NCBI GenBank assembly: GCA_012295275.1 | Contig: CM022679.1 | Coordinates: forward strand, 17,918,001-17,982,000 | Origin: Chrysomallon squamiferum | Lineage: Eukaryota; Animalia; Mollusca | Length of the DNA stretch: 64,000 bases | Reading direction: 5' to 3' | In this document: positions 1-15,500 of the stretch, piece after piece | Position numbering within the stretch: position 1 is the stretch's first letter | Layout of the letters: every line of letters begins with the position of its first letter | Translations under genes and position numbers: made by a program | The notes under the pieces: model-generated | What the model was told of the DNA's origin: nothing | Seen by the model: only the letters and a program-made list of their open reading frames with translations | The model's database searches: none

Positions 1-2233
1 ACTTTATAAAAAAAAAGAAAAAAAAAGGTTTTTAATGAGATTATATCATAAAAAAATAATAATAATAATAAAGAAAAATAAACGTTATTTTAATAATAAT
101 AATGTTGATAAATATTAATCTCAAATACTTTAAAAAAATAGATTCAACAAAATCAGCACTATTATTTGTAAAGAGATACTTTAGTGTGTTTTTGTTACAG
201 ACTGAACATGATCAACACAGAGATCAGTTTTATTTCCACTTGCACACAAGTGTCTAATATATTTGAATCATTAAACTATTAATCAAAATCGTATGAAGGA
301 AACATTATAAATGATTATCAAAATAATTGTATGCATATGACAAAGTTTTATTACACATAATTAAACTGTAATATAAACATATTTTGAACCATTTCTCTTT
401 ACAAAAATTTACAGCTGGCTTTATCAAATTAATATCTTTGATATAATAATAAAAATACTGGGAAAATCCTATTTTAGGACAGAAAATAAAAAATATCAAA
501 ATAAATCAAAATAAATATATTGGCCTGCCAAACAAAGGACACAACTCATACATTTCTTTGTACATGATCTGCAGATTTGTAGTTTCCAGAATTGTTGCAC
601 ATTCTAACTTGTTTACTTACATTTTGTTTTCTGTAATAAAAGATGATTATTATTAAAATGTACTGCAGAGGTATGAATGAACTGTCTAAAAAAACTTTTT
701 GTGTTTACACTTTATTATTTTGATTGTTTGAATGACATAATCATTAGTAACAAATTATGACAACAAAATAATATTGCTACAAAATATCTGAATGTCATCA
801 TTTAATATCCATCAACTGGATTAAGGTGTTGGCAATGACATCATGTACAGGGCAGACTTGATACCTGTATAGCTATTTTGTTTTTAAGTATACTTTTTTC
901 TTATACATCATCAATTAAAACTGGATGGCAAAATCTGAAGAAAAAAAAACAACCTGGAAGTATGCAGGACACATTCAGAAAAATGTGCAAAATTTTTATC
1001 TGAAATTATATTAATAGCATTTATTTTTTTGGTTCACACTCTGCAGTTATATCATTAACATTCACATACATTTTCTTTTGGTTTTTTTTGATAATTTCTT
1101 ATGTGGAAAGAGTTAAACTGCCATAAATTTAAACAAAAAGAAAAAAAGTAAAGTAACAAGAATATTTGTCTAAAGGCATATGGACATGTTGGTTCAAAAA
1201 TCATATTTATTTACAAGACTGGAAGTAGTAGGCAATATGTGTATGTGAACATCTGCATTTTACTAAAGTATTCACTTATACATCATTTAAGTTACAGCAA
1301 ATACAACAGAGGTAATAGAAGAAATGACTGTTATTTATTTAATCATCTCCCTTCATGTATTAAGTTGGATAAATGTCCCTAAAGGGTTTTTCATGTGGAT
1401 AACTGAGTGAAATAAATATTATTTTAAATATCAAACATTTGGAACAAAAGGTGACATAAAAAAATTCAGTGGGGATGGAAGATAATAAAAAAAGAAACCA
1501 TTGCATTGATATTAAAGATGAAGACCACACACTCTTGGATTACATGATGTTACTGAAATATTTTACAGTAATTTATAATCAACAGCTTTTGTGATATAAA
1601 ATATTAATAAGATACTTCAGGAAAGTTTATAAATCAACATAAACAATCCTCATTTACCAACAGGAAAAGCAATTTCTTTGTAAACAAAGCTTACAAATAA
1701 ACAAGCAAACAAATTCATCTCTGTTGTCAACACTCTTTATAAATATCTGTAAAAACTACATGAATCTCAAACACATAATATAATACTTAAAGCAACTTTA
1801 AATAATATATAAACATTACATTAGTCTGTTAAAAATAATAATAATAAAAAATCCAAAAGATTCTACTGTATCATGAATGAAACACATATTAAGCGAGTAG
1901 ATGAATATTAAAATCTAATGCTGAAAAAAGAGAGACAGTCATTTTGTTCTCTTGACATTATTTCAACATGATACATCTGTCTTACAAAATATGGTAGTGT
2001 GACCAATCTGGGTTATTCAATACATATTTATTCCTCAAAGCCGCCTTTCCAAGTTATGAGATTAGTATCATATATCAAAAACAAACTCAGATGTGTACAT
2101 TACAGCTTCCAGGTAGTCAAGTACAAAAATTTCAAATCTACATACTGCTATTTTATATATATTACATAATCCATTAACAGTTTCAGATCAACAGCTGTAC
2201 ATAATTCTTTGTTCATGCTAAACATGTGATACA

Positions 2234-5200
2234 TTATTTCTGGTTTATTTTTGGTAGTTCAGAAATGGGTAGATGAAGCTGCAGGGGATCGTGTAGTCGT
2301 CGGAGGTCATGTTCTACCTGTGATATTGCATTCTTCAAATTGTTGTATTTTTCAATATCAAGATTTTGACTCCTGGCCTTTTTGTAAAAGGTAATAAGAA
2401 ACTGTCGATCAACTACAGATGGAAAAATATATTCCTGAAAACCATGAAATATAAAATAAAGTAGAATAAGAAAAATTTCAACAGGTAATAGCTTATTGTA
2501 TCATGATCAAAAGAAAATGTAAAATAAACTGTCACAGTTTTATGACATCAGAAAAAAAAAAAAAAAAAAAAAATTATCTAAGAATTGATAATAATAGAAA
2601 AACATCTGAAAAAACTCCTGATGTATTGACGAGTCGAAAGTTTGTAGATTTTCAGTATATGGCCTTATAGCATATGATTTTCTTTCACAACTTACTGAAA
2701 TATATAACATATGTATGAAATGCGAACAAAATGACACAGATGTGATTGAATAAATTTATGCACAAATATCTAAATACTGTCTTTGAATTTCACTTAAAAA
2801 ACATGATTGAACTTTTGTTCCAACCCATTACTCTGTCATGAATATCATGAATATTCCCTGAAATTTTTACACATACTGAAAACAAAATATTACAGTCTTA
2901 CATTTTTAATTCACATTTAGAACATTTACTAAAGAATTCCTATCATAGAAAAAGATGTTTACTTATTTCACAATTAAGTAAAAATAATAATGTATTAGAG
3001 TTACTAACCTGGCGAGTTAGTACAAAATAGGCATACATTGCCATTGATGTGCCGTATGTTACAAAATAAGTCACAGGTTCCATAATGTCCCAGGAGTATT
3101 CCCACCAGGTGAGTCGAGCCAGAACACCAAACTGTAGACTCATCATGCCTAGCCCAATCCATGTTAGCAACCGTGTGTTCTTCTGTGCATTTGCTGCCAG
3201 CTCTTTCTTTTTCTGAAATTCATAAACTGATTTATTTATAATATTCTCATCTGTTCTGTATTGGAGCTGGAATCAGGAAGTGGGAATTAGAAGAGACTGC
3301 CTGCTTTTAACACATAAATAAATGAATGCCCAACAACAGTTCCATCAACAAACTATTAGATGCTGCATAGATTTAAATATATGAATAAAGTAATCTGTTC
3401 ACAGTTTAAATTAAAACAAACTGTACAAAATTAAATAATATTTTTATAAAGCATTGAAGGAACAGTAATTTACAGTCATGTTTCAAAAATTAAAATAAAT
3501 GATACATCAGATATTAATAATAAACTGTATTAAGTTCCTTTTATATACAGCAAATGAAATGATCTACAGAGATATTTAAATGAAAGAATAAAAGAGAACT
3601 GAGCAACAACAAAAAATAAGAAATAATGAATGAACGAATGCAAAATGATTTAGAATTTTTCAAGTAACAACTTGTCAAAGGGTAAGTGATACTGATTAAT
3701 TTATATTTTTGTATTTAAAGCAGTATATCTGAGGAATAAATGAAAAAAGTCTAGCCTTTTCCAGGGGAGCCAGCTGAATTTTGAGATCTTCCAGTTTCTG
3801 TTGTAGTTCTCTTTCACACTCTATTTGGTACTGTTCCACATTCAGAGTCGAGTACAATTTAGCAATGAGAATTTTCACATCACTAAGATTTTCAGCATCT
3901 TCATTAACAATAGCTACTGTAAAAAAATAAAAAATAAAACAACAAAACCACACACATGTATCCATGCATGCACAAACACACAATGATGTAATTAAAATGT
4001 CTGAATGTGTAAAGGCATATTTATCAATAGGTAACAAAATGACCAATACCCAAGACAGCTGTTACCGACTGTAGTTTGTATCCTTGGCAACTCAGTAATA
4101 CTTATTATAATTACTGGTTACAGGTTTATGTGTATATATAGTAAAATACTTTCTGTGAATTTTAAAATTATAAGTTTTAATCAGTGGTTCCCAACATTTT
4201 TTGCTCCATGCCCCACCTCAACATCTAAGAACTATTTATGTCCCCTTTGATATAAAAACAGTTTTGTAAAAGTGTCACGTAAAGTAGAAATCCTTTAATT
4301 AAACAAAGCAATTCCAGTTTGTAAATGATAATACTTTGCATAAGAGAACAAGTTTCAGAGATCTGTGACATGTGATGCAGTGATGATTTAATAATTTAAT
4401 AATCAACTCCAAAATGTAAACAAACTGCTCGTAGGTGCTGCCAGATACAGGATAATGTGTATACAAAGTTTAACTGGAACTGGAAAAAATCTAACATGCT
4501 AATCAGAGCAACCTGTTGTGAAGCATGTCTATGACAGGCACACTTTCTGACAACCAGCGGGCAGGTCTGTCACAGAAAAGAGTTTTGGGAAGGAAAGAGA
4601 AATGGATTCTCAAAAGTGATAACTGGAAGTTAGGTCTTATTATATCACTTTCAAATTGCCTCCCTGTGGGGCATGTGCCCCATGCTGGGAATCACTGGTG
4701 TAAACAGACTGGACTGATTTCATTACATTAATGTATTTCAAAAAAATTTGTATTTAACAAATACACTGAACAAATCTAACTGTTTTGATTTATCCATTAA
4801 GATTACACATCATATATAACAGAAAATACAATTAAGACAACAAAGTGGTTTGGCTTCAGAAGACAAATTGACTATCAACATAGAGAGAATGCAGGCATTT
4901 CATTGATTAAATGTGTGGGCTCAGTTTGGTTCACACATCACATGTATAAAAAAGACAAAATTAAGTTGAATATTCTTATAAACAGAAACATAATGAAAAG
5001 AAACAGTTTCTGAACAAAAATATATCAAAGTACTTTTGTTTCATATATTTGCACTCTATCTGAACCAACTGTTCATGGAGATGAAGAGCTGTGTTACCTT
5101 AGTATTAAGTAAATACAAGAAAAAGGTACATAAGTAAATAAAAGAAAATTTGCTGGAAAAACCAGTTACAAATTTGTGGAAGTTGTGGTTTTTGGCATGT

Positions 5201-8200
5201 TAATAATTTGTTTCATAAACAACTATTTTTTCAGTGAGTAATAATGTATTTTAAACTTTCCCTAAGTAAAGACATTATCAAATTCAGATTGTTCTGTATT
5301 TATTTCTCTGCAAGTAATTTCGGTTGAATTCTTACTCATTTCTGAAAACAGTATTAATTGTATTTGGTTTTATGAGCAATCTTTCAAATAATGTATGACT
5401 TCACTGCTGATTGCATTTTTTCTTTATCCAACATGAAGATTCTACAGAAAATAATCAATAACAAATGCAATATAATACGTTCCTTTTAAATAACTTAACT
5501 GGAGATAGCAGCTTTCTTATTTGTGACATAAAAGATGGATACTCTCATATACAAGTAACTTGCTTATTAATCAAAATGTTAAAACAAAGTAACAAGTGAG
5601 TGTCTTTATAAAACAGAAAACACATTAACACCTACTTTTATATTCAACTAGAATGTAAACTGCTCCATGCAACATGAAATCAAGTTTAACCAATTTTCTC
5701 ACAATAACAAATATTAATGTTTTAACTGTTTTTCTTCATGTATGTATTTCATATGTGTTAGGTAGTCATTATTTCATCCTAATATTACTCTGCAAAGTTT
5801 TGCTTTTCAAAATTGCTATTTCAAAATTTAAACAGATATTGTTTTCAAGCATTGTGACTTTCTTTACTTAGAATCTAAGCAAACATAATTTCATGAAATC
5901 CAGCAGTAATTGCTAAAGAAAACATTCCAAAGACAATGTTAACTTTCTATGGCATTTTTCTAAAAGTAGAAACTTCAGACAGTCACAATTACAAATTAAA
6001 AGCATCTTCAGGACAGTATTTGATTTTTAAATGGTTTCAACACTAAAACAGTAACAGCAATAATGTGGCCAGTCAGCCATTTATTATATACATATTGTTT
6101 CAGCTTGAAAATGCTTAGATGAAAAACATTCATCTTAAATATTAAATTAATTAATATTTAAATATCAAGTGATAACAATCACATATATACGTGTGTGTGT
6201 GTGTGTGTGTGTTTATTAATATATATTTATTTTCCTGTCTGAAGCAATCACTGTTAAAAATTCCACAAGAGGTGGTTAGCTCTGCTATTTTACCTAACAG
6301 TCAAAGAAAATATCAGAATGTCACTTATATGTATCTCTAGATAAATAAAATAGACTATTAAGTTTCAGTCATGTTGTTATATACCCACAAACTAAAATTA
6401 CAAATTTAAAAAAATAACTGCTTGTATAATAAATAAGTAAATTAAAAAAAAGAAACAAAAAAGAGGAATATCTTAGTTTTTAAGGTATACAACCAGAAAC
6501 ATTTATTAGGCACTTTATTTTGAGCTTTCATTAAGCTAAAAATGACACTATTAATGCAATAACTGTAATTTTGACAATTGTAAATCTGTCTTCTAATGTT
6601 TTGTTTGTTGTTCAGTCACTAAACATTATGCAATAACTGTCAGTTTCCTTTGTCTTAGCCATGATATCAAACTTGATAGAGACTAAATGGGTTAGATGTA
6701 CATAAAAAAATTGAATAAAATGCAACAAGAAAAAAAATCAGTTTTTTCCAACTGAGCCATCTAATGGCGGTTTTTGTTTTTTTTCAGAATCGGAGAGTTT
6801 GTTATACCACAATTTGTCATTTGATCAAAATATGATCATGCAGCTTGAAGTTTCATTAAAATGACCAGCATGAAATATGTTATGTATCACATTGTTATCA
6901 TACTGATGAAATATAATTATCACAGGTAAAAATGAGTGAATGGAGAAAATACATTTTCAATTTCATTATATGTTACAAACTTTGGGTATTTTAATTTTTG
7001 TGATTTTTATTGAACTACAAATGATTGATACAAAATTATAATATTAAAATGATTAAAATAAAAAAGTTAAAATATGTCATTAAAAATATGTATTTCTTCA
7101 AAAATTTATTTGTGACATTTCATTAAATCGTTTTTTCTTTCTCCACTCTCTGACAATGGTTACATAAAAGTTTACTGCATGTAGACACTGTGTAACACTT
7201 AAAAAGTGAGGTATTATAAGATCTAACTTTAATACTTAAAGAAACTGGTATTTTATTTAATAGACAAATGTTCAAATCACCTCTTTTTTTATATAAGATT
7301 GGTTACATTGGAAATACAGCATTTTGAGAAAGAAATGGAGAGATTTGTTTTCTTCTTTAATCCATAAAAAAATTTTGATTTTAATTTCACTGTTAAAATT
7401 AGTCTCTCTCTGAGCAGAAAATATCAATTTTATTGAAACTAAAATGGCTGTTTATATGCTGTGCACTCTGTGAAAAGCTGCCTTTGACTAACCCAGATTT
7501 CTGTGTAAACTGGCACTATTTCAAAGTCCCATCCACTACTGTTAATCTATTATGAAAAAAATCTTTGGTAATCTGAATGCTGTCTACTTCGTATGCCAGG
7601 AGTACATTCCAGAACAAAAGAACAATTTATAAAATTTTGACAATATATATATACACTGGACTCCATATTCACTAGGGACCTATGAAATATGCCTATTTAG
7701 ACAGAGTGCCAGTTAAGCATTGTCAACAACAGCACACAATTTTGCAAGTACAATCATTTCTTAAACAATGACAGCAATTTGCACATAATTAGGCTACCAT
7801 GTGAGGTAAAATGGCAGAGCATTCTAAAAATCAGCAACCTACTGAAGTCAAATGTGAAATTAATAGAAGAGTTTTTATCAAATCTAATGTGTAAACAGAA
7901 AGATTTAGCTATTTAAAATAAGAAAACAGACAGTATCTTACATTTGAAATGTAGTGACCATTACTGACTGTTGTATGAAACCAACATTTTGACAGAGAAA
8001 ATGAGTAACAATCTGCAAATTCAAAAATCTGAATGGATTCTCGCATCAGTGGTTTCAGCAGGCAAGAGCCACAAAACTGCCCATTTCTGGCATGATTTTA
8101 AAAGAAAAAGTCATTCAGTTCACTGAACAGCTAGCAGTATCCATCTTCAAAGCATTGGATGGCTTGCTAACTTCATGGAAAACTCAGGTTAACGGCAAAC

Positions 8201-9527
8201 AGTTCAAAGTTAGTGGGGAGAGTGCAGGTGTCAGTCATGATATCGTAAATGTCTTTTTTTCGGTATCTCCAATTATTGTTGGTAGACATATTTTAAAGTC
8301 ATCTTTAACTGCAATGAGACAGATCTGTTTTTTTTAGCATTACAGACAGGATATGCACTTAAAATCCAAGCAGCAAAAGGTGGGAAGGTTTGAAAAGAAT
8401 GATTAACTATTTTATTTTACTGCAGTGCAACAAGAAAACTAATTAAACCACTGGTAATAGGGAAAGCCCCAAATCTTCAATATTTTATGATATAACATAT
8501 GAGTCTCTTCCTGTGACCTGGTTAGCCAATCTGAAAGCATGGATGATTTCACAACTCATTAATGATTGGTTAGAACAATGCTTTTGTCAAATGTGCTGAA
8601 CATATTGAACATTCATAAACCTGTTGCCCTTTCTAATAGATCATACAAAAGACATCTGTTGCAGGATAACCAAAACTACAATGAACGCATTTGCATGATC
8701 ATAAATATACTGAAAGGCACAGAATAGTCAAAAGAGTAGTTAATATTTGGTTTACCTATTTTGATGTGAAAAGAAAGATTCTTCCTGATATTTAAATTAT
8801 TTTATTATTTTATATACTTATATTGAATATGTAGCTGAGTATGTATTATTATTTTTATACTACCATTTTGATCAATATTTTTAACAACTGTCTGCCACAT
8901 TTAAAAATATACTGATATCTTTAATCATAGTTATATTTGCCACCTATTGTTTGTGTAAACAAAGACACTGTTTGTCTGTCTATAACAGTTTGGTTACTAA
9001 GGGTTTTACTTACTGGTTTCTGGAGGACAGACCAAATATGATTCATCATTTATCATAAGCTTGAATTCCTGTCGCATCAAGATATCGATAGTTGTTGATT
9101 TTGCTATTCTGCTGCCTTCTGACAAAGAGAAAATGATCCAAGTTACAATTAAAATGTAATCAAACAAGTACAGTTAAATAAACTTTCATCTGCTACTTGG
9201 AAGTTTTAAAATTTACAGAAAGGTTTATTTCATCCATTTTTAATATTAATGCAAACAAAAACTTCAGTTTTTCAGAATTTTAATGTTATTAATAAATTAT
9301 TAACATTAAGAACAGCAAAAGGTATCTTTTGGTCCTATTCTGAATAATCAACATCAAACTATTACGTAATAAACACATTATTAGACTATTGATAGATCAA
9401 GTTTTTCCCATGCTCACATGAAATTAATGGATTCTTCTTTCTAATACAGATTTATAAAACCACATTTCTATACTTCTACAATGATAAGCTCTTTATATAT
9501 GAATATAAAGAAACATTGTGAATTAAG

Positions 9528-9565
<38 letters not shown>

Positions 9566-12500
9566 TTCTCACTTTGTTTTCTTTTTTAATTACAAGTTTG
9601 GAAAGCTCTCTAAAGAAAAAATATACCTTTTGTATAAATATTTGCTATATCAATTCCACCATCTTCATCTTTAATAAAAGACAGCAGGTCACCAACTGTG
9701 TGACTTATTGGCTTTAAGGTGAATTCACACAATTCTCTTCGGGAAGGTAAAGGCACAGACAAAACAGGAAGGCCATCTGAGTATTTCACAGATACATCTA
9801 CAAATACATGATGATTCTTATTCACATAGTTTCTGAGATGCTGAAGTTATTAAAATATAAAATAAAACTTATAAGTATTTTATTGACAAGGTGTTCAAGG
9901 TTATTGATAAAGGTGACAGACATTGGCTTAAGCAGATTTTACAAAGATGGATGATACTGCTGCTTATGGGAATTTCTAAGCAGGTGATAAAGATTATTAT
10001 CTTCCAAGCTTCACTCACAGTATACTGAAAATTAAAATTTCCTTCATTTTAAAAATGACTAGAAAGGAATAGGAGCAGAGACATGGTTAAAGACATGGTT
10101 GTACTAACATAAAAGATGTTTGGTAACAATGAGTAAAACTATCTATATATGGATGGATTTTATCATCATCAATCCTATAAAATCCTATCTTTTACTTCTT
10201 TACTCTGGTTCTAAGCTGTTAAAATAATTATCTTGTGATTTGGCCAAATTATTTGATGTTAACTAACATTATTTTTATACACTTGGGGAAAAAAAACATT
10301 TTATTTATTGGACAGCTATATGTTTCAACATGTTTTTAATTTCTGAACCATACCACAAAATTGCCAGATCTAATTTACAAAAATAAAATAACATTATATT
10401 GATTATTGTTAGCATACATTTCTTACTGATGTAGGGGATTTTTCAAAAGAACAAAGGTGCTCTGATGAAAAGTAAGAATTTTGCTGTCTAAAGTCAATTC
10501 AGGCAGACAGGTTTGTGCATTCCCTTTGTACTCACTTTATAGAGATTACCCTGAAATCATATTTAGTATATGATAACTAATATAGGTAGATTTATTGTAT
10601 CCTGTTGTTTTCACATCATCTCTGTCAGTAAAGATGCACTAACCAGGAATGGTCAACATGTGCTAACGATGGGTTATACAGAGCTACAGCACCACCCATG
10701 TTCTCACTTCCTCCTGTCAACTGTATCAACATTTCATCAGGGCAGCTCTTCATTCAATACATGTACCACATCATTTAACATTTTCAGTGTTTGAAGAAGC
10801 ACAAGATTCTTTTGATACTGCACAACCATGAGAAGCTTTTTGAGGCTAACTATTAATTTTTATGAAGTTGTTGATACCTTTGACTTCAGGTCAACTTGAT
10901 ACAACTTATATATACGTATATTTACTTGGACCAAATGCTGATGTAGACAGAACACCAGTTTTTAAAGATTAAAATGTCATGAAAATCAAATATGTTTTAT
11001 TATGAATGAAAAAACATGCAGTATCCTAATTACATACAAACTGCTGCTATTACTTGAGTGGAAAAATGATACTTTCAAAATAGCATGCTATTGCTGATGA
11101 ATCTAATTACTATACTACTTGTTCTTTTGTTCTGGAATTTACATCTGGAATCTGAGGTAGACAACATCTGAATTAGACATGGTTTTCTTCATAATAAATT
11201 AATGATGGCTGAATGGGACTTTGAAATGGTGCCAATTTACACTAAATCCAGATTAACTAAAGGCTCATTTTCACAGAATCCACTTAATGTGTGTAAGTCT
11301 GTGCCAGTTTAGTTGCTTTTATTTTATATTATTACAAAATATGTTCTGAATATAAATAAACAAATCAACCAAACTGACTCTTGTTGATGTGCTATTTATC
11401 TAGTGGGTATCTATATTTATGTATGTGTTTATAATATATATATAATTTTACTGTCACAATTTAAAATTTACAAATCCTTGTCATAGTATTTTAAACCCCA
11501 AGACTTGATAAGGAGCACTTTAAGCACTGGCATCATGGCATATACCCATATTTGGGTCATTCCATATCAAATCACCTTCCCCCCAAAAAGATATTTTAAA
11601 CAAGACCATCTCAGATTTTTATGAAACTTGGTATACTTGTTCAGCGGGATCCCACAGCACCAATCAGGCCAGTGGTGTGGGACGTATTGCCCCCCCCCCC
11701 CGCCCCGAATTTTGAGAGTTTTGGCCAAAATGGGTGTGACCACCAACCTTTGAACCCTCATATGTCAGGAACTATTGGGCCAATTGTCATACAATTGGTA
11801 TTGTTCAGATTGGAGAATACTGGGGTAAACTGACCTTTTGACCTTTATGACCTTGAAACTGATCTTGTGAATCATGTGACTTTGAGATGACCTTTCTTGA
11901 AATTTAATCACCCACATGAAAACTAAAACATATAAAAGTTTCAGAGGTGTGATATTCAAAAGTTGCATGTCCAGGAAAATAACATCTTTTCTGCCATTAA
12001 CATCTGATTAGCTAAAACCTGAATGACCAATTCCTGATGCTAGGAATCACCATATATCTTGATCATTGAGTAATAAATACATTGTAGGCCTACATGCTAT
12101 GATCATATGATATCAAACTAATTCCCTCTATGCCTTCTCAACAGTTCAGCAGTCAGAATAATTTGGTCATCCATTTCCCCCATAGTCTTGCAACTGTAGC
12201 ATCACCCATTTTACTCAGAGAGCACAGCTGTCAAGAAGATGCAATAGAAGGTATATTAGTGACACAGAAGATGTTCCCTTCACTAATCCAACAAGTGTCT
12301 TCTTCATTTGGTCAGTGAAATAACTTAGAAGGTCTGTGACGGTGCATGAAATAAATGAAGTCTCCATGCTCTTCTGAAATGTCCTCAGCTAGTCCAACCC
12401 ATGCCTCATTGTCATATAGACAACATAGTTTTGCTTCTTGGCTTCAATGGAAGGCTCCTCTGGTAAACCTGCAATATCATCCTCAGAATCCTGGATAGAT

Positions 12501-15500
12501 ACTAGTTCTGGTGGGTCACTCTGCAGGCTCAGCTTGTAGGCATGCATCTTTGATTTAGACACTGGAACTAACTGGTGAAATTGCTGTGTTCCCTTGACTG
12601 TTTTGGCCACTTGAAACCTCCCTTGTAGTTCCAACTCATGCTTTGCTACTTGGTCTGGTGTGATGTTGAAGAAGTGAATGCCTAGAATACTCTTGATGCA
12701 GAAGTCCATGATAGCCTCCCTGGTCAGGATTGAGTCTGTGTAGGGACGTTGCAAACTGGCCTTTGTCAGCAACCTCTTCATTGTCACCCCCAATTCCATC
12801 ACAGGCACTTTTGCCATGGCTTGTTGCAAAAAAGTTCCATTCACCTTCCAAACCAAAGTCCTCTTTATGATGGTTAACAAAATTGTTCTATTTATTATAC
12901 AAGGCCAGCACTGCCGTCAGTGTCCTGAATTCATCTCAAGACTAGATTTATCTCAGGAATAATCACTGTATTATTTTAAAAGGCTTACTCCCACCTGGTC
13001 GAATTCCCATTTTGTCGAAAGGCTAAATATGGTTCAGTGGTCTTATTTACATGCTTGTTTTTACTTCAGTCATTATAATGAACTGTTCCAGATTATATGG
13101 AGACCGATTATTATTGTAAAGAATCAGTAATACCTCACTTAACGATATCCCACTTAAACAATCTTTTTTTCTTAAATTATATAAATAGAAATTTAACAGT
13201 TAATTGCTCGAAATAAATGATACAAATGGGTACAATGCATATGTTTAAGTCCATTTTCATTCAGCTCAGCTATGTTGATCATTTTACATGCAGACATCAT
13301 GTGATGTTCAGATTCTGTTGTCTCTTCTGTTTCCATTTAGACTCAACCCGTTTGTAATTTACACTTTCAATATATCAAAATGAATAAAAGTACACCGGTG
13401 AATGTCAATGATAAAAAAAAAATGGAAGAAATAACTTTAGAAACAAAATACTATATCTTAAATGAACACAAAATCAACAAAAACCACAATAAGTGGCATA
13501 TAATTATTTCTTAATGTATTTGTAAAAGATTTACTGTTTGTTTAATATCTATGATCTATTAAATCATTTGTATCTAAATTGCTGTTTTATTTCTCCTTAT
13601 TTAACATTTCTTTTTTGTCAAATTTCAATCATGAAGAATGTAACCACTGTTTTTAACCTTAATTCTATGTAAAGTAGCCTCCTGCTTGATGATATTCACT
13701 TAATGTTCAAAAATCTGGAAGCAATTACATCCTTAATCCGAGGTATTACTGTAGTATGGATATTGCTTATCGCATAAAGTATGCAAATATCAAAATATCA
13801 AAAATCCTTGTGGTGAGTGTGGTTGAATGTAAATAATTAAAAAAGGTATCCATCTGATGTTTCAGTAAGTTCAGTAATAGGTAGTGTTATGATAATACTG
13901 TGCAAATCTAGAATTTTCTCTGTGATGCATGTTTAATGAAATGTGTTTTTAATCGAAAATAAAATTTCGGATTTTTGCTTCTTAGTTGTTGTTTTTTTTT
14001 AATGGAAAGGAAATGTTGATGAATTAGAAATAATAATAATTATTATAATGTTGACGATGATAATTATGATTATGATGATGATGATAATATTGTTATTAAT
14101 AATAATAATAACAGTAAAAAGAAGAAGATCGATCTCACGACCTGCAAGATCTTGGCTGTGATTGGAAATGTAAATAACCTACAACAAATGATTAGTGAAT
14201 GCTTGTTCTGCTTTTGGTTGATGTTACATAATCAATTTACAAAAAATATGCTCCGTCCTGAACATTATATTAAGTGCCAACTTTACGGCAGCAGAAGAAG
14301 AATAAAGAAACCAGATTTATGTATAATGGTAAATAAACCATTGTCTGTCTATAATCAAAACTTGTAAGAACATCAAGAGTTAACGTTCATTACATACAGA
14401 GTGATTTCGACACCTTTTAAAATATAATGTCATAGTACTAGTAAATGTACCACTATTCTTATATTAGTACACATAATAGAAGTTGAAGTAATAATAGTAA
14501 AAGTTATAGTTGTAGAAATATCAGTGTTGTAATACCCGTAGAAGTAATTGTATTAAAGTATTAGGGTCATTCCATGTCAAATCACCCAATGGGATAAACC
14601 CGACAGTCTCAGATTTTTATCTGGGATCCCACAGCACCAAATCTGAAATTTTAGGTTAACCAGACCAGTGGTGTGGGAGATATGGCCCCCAACTGTTGAA
14701 CCCTCATATCTGAGGAACTACTGGGCCAATCTTCATAAGTTTGGTATTGTTGAAAAGGCAATATGACAAGGATTCCAAATCTGCCATTATTGTTCAGTTT
14801 GGATCACTTGACCTTGAGATGACCTTTATTGAAATTGAATCTCCCACATGTTAACTAAAACATATAAAAGTTTCCTGGGTGTAATATTTTTTGTTTAGCC
14901 ATAATATAGATTTAAAAAATGCATACCTGCATGGATGATTGATGCAATGCATTACAATGTAAATTTTCTACATGTATACACTTCTCTGATACCAAAAACT
15001 CATGGTTTTGAACAAGGTTTCAGTCAACTACAGTACAACCCAGACTAAAATCCCAGTCTGTAACTGTGTATGCTTTTTTGAGTGTTGTTATTCCATACCT
15101 TCCAACTGAGTTTCCTCATGTGAAAAAGATTCATTATTTCACTGATGGCTGTCCTGGAACATATAAAAATAAGAACAATTTTGTTAACCTGTGACATCAT
15201 GAAGAGGACTTTGGGTTGGAAGGTGAATGGAACTGTTTTGCAACAAGCCATGGCAAAAGTGCCTGTGATAGAATTGGGGGTGACAGTGAAGAGGTTGCTG
15301 ACAAAAGCCAGTTTGTAGTGTCCCTACACAGACCCAATCGTGACCAGTGAGGCTATCACAGATTTCTGCATCAAGAATATTCACCAGTTATCTAAATCAA
15401 AGATGCATGCCTACAAGCTGAGCCTGCAGAATGACCCACCAGAACTAGTATCTGTCCAGGATTCTGAGGATGATATCATAGGAGCCTTCCATTAAAGCCA

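Noticed and set aside
11567-11968. Overlapping short ORFs on both strands (also 16181-16379, 17034-17228, 20813-21013, 57380-57607, 60302-60496)
   Set aside because: They are chance frames within transposon terminal inverted repeats.
14100-14420. Promoter-like patch (TCTCACGA, GATTGG) inside the outer Sola2 element, possibly a second captured fragment
   Set aside because: No source sequence in this window, and the motifs are too short to support the claim.
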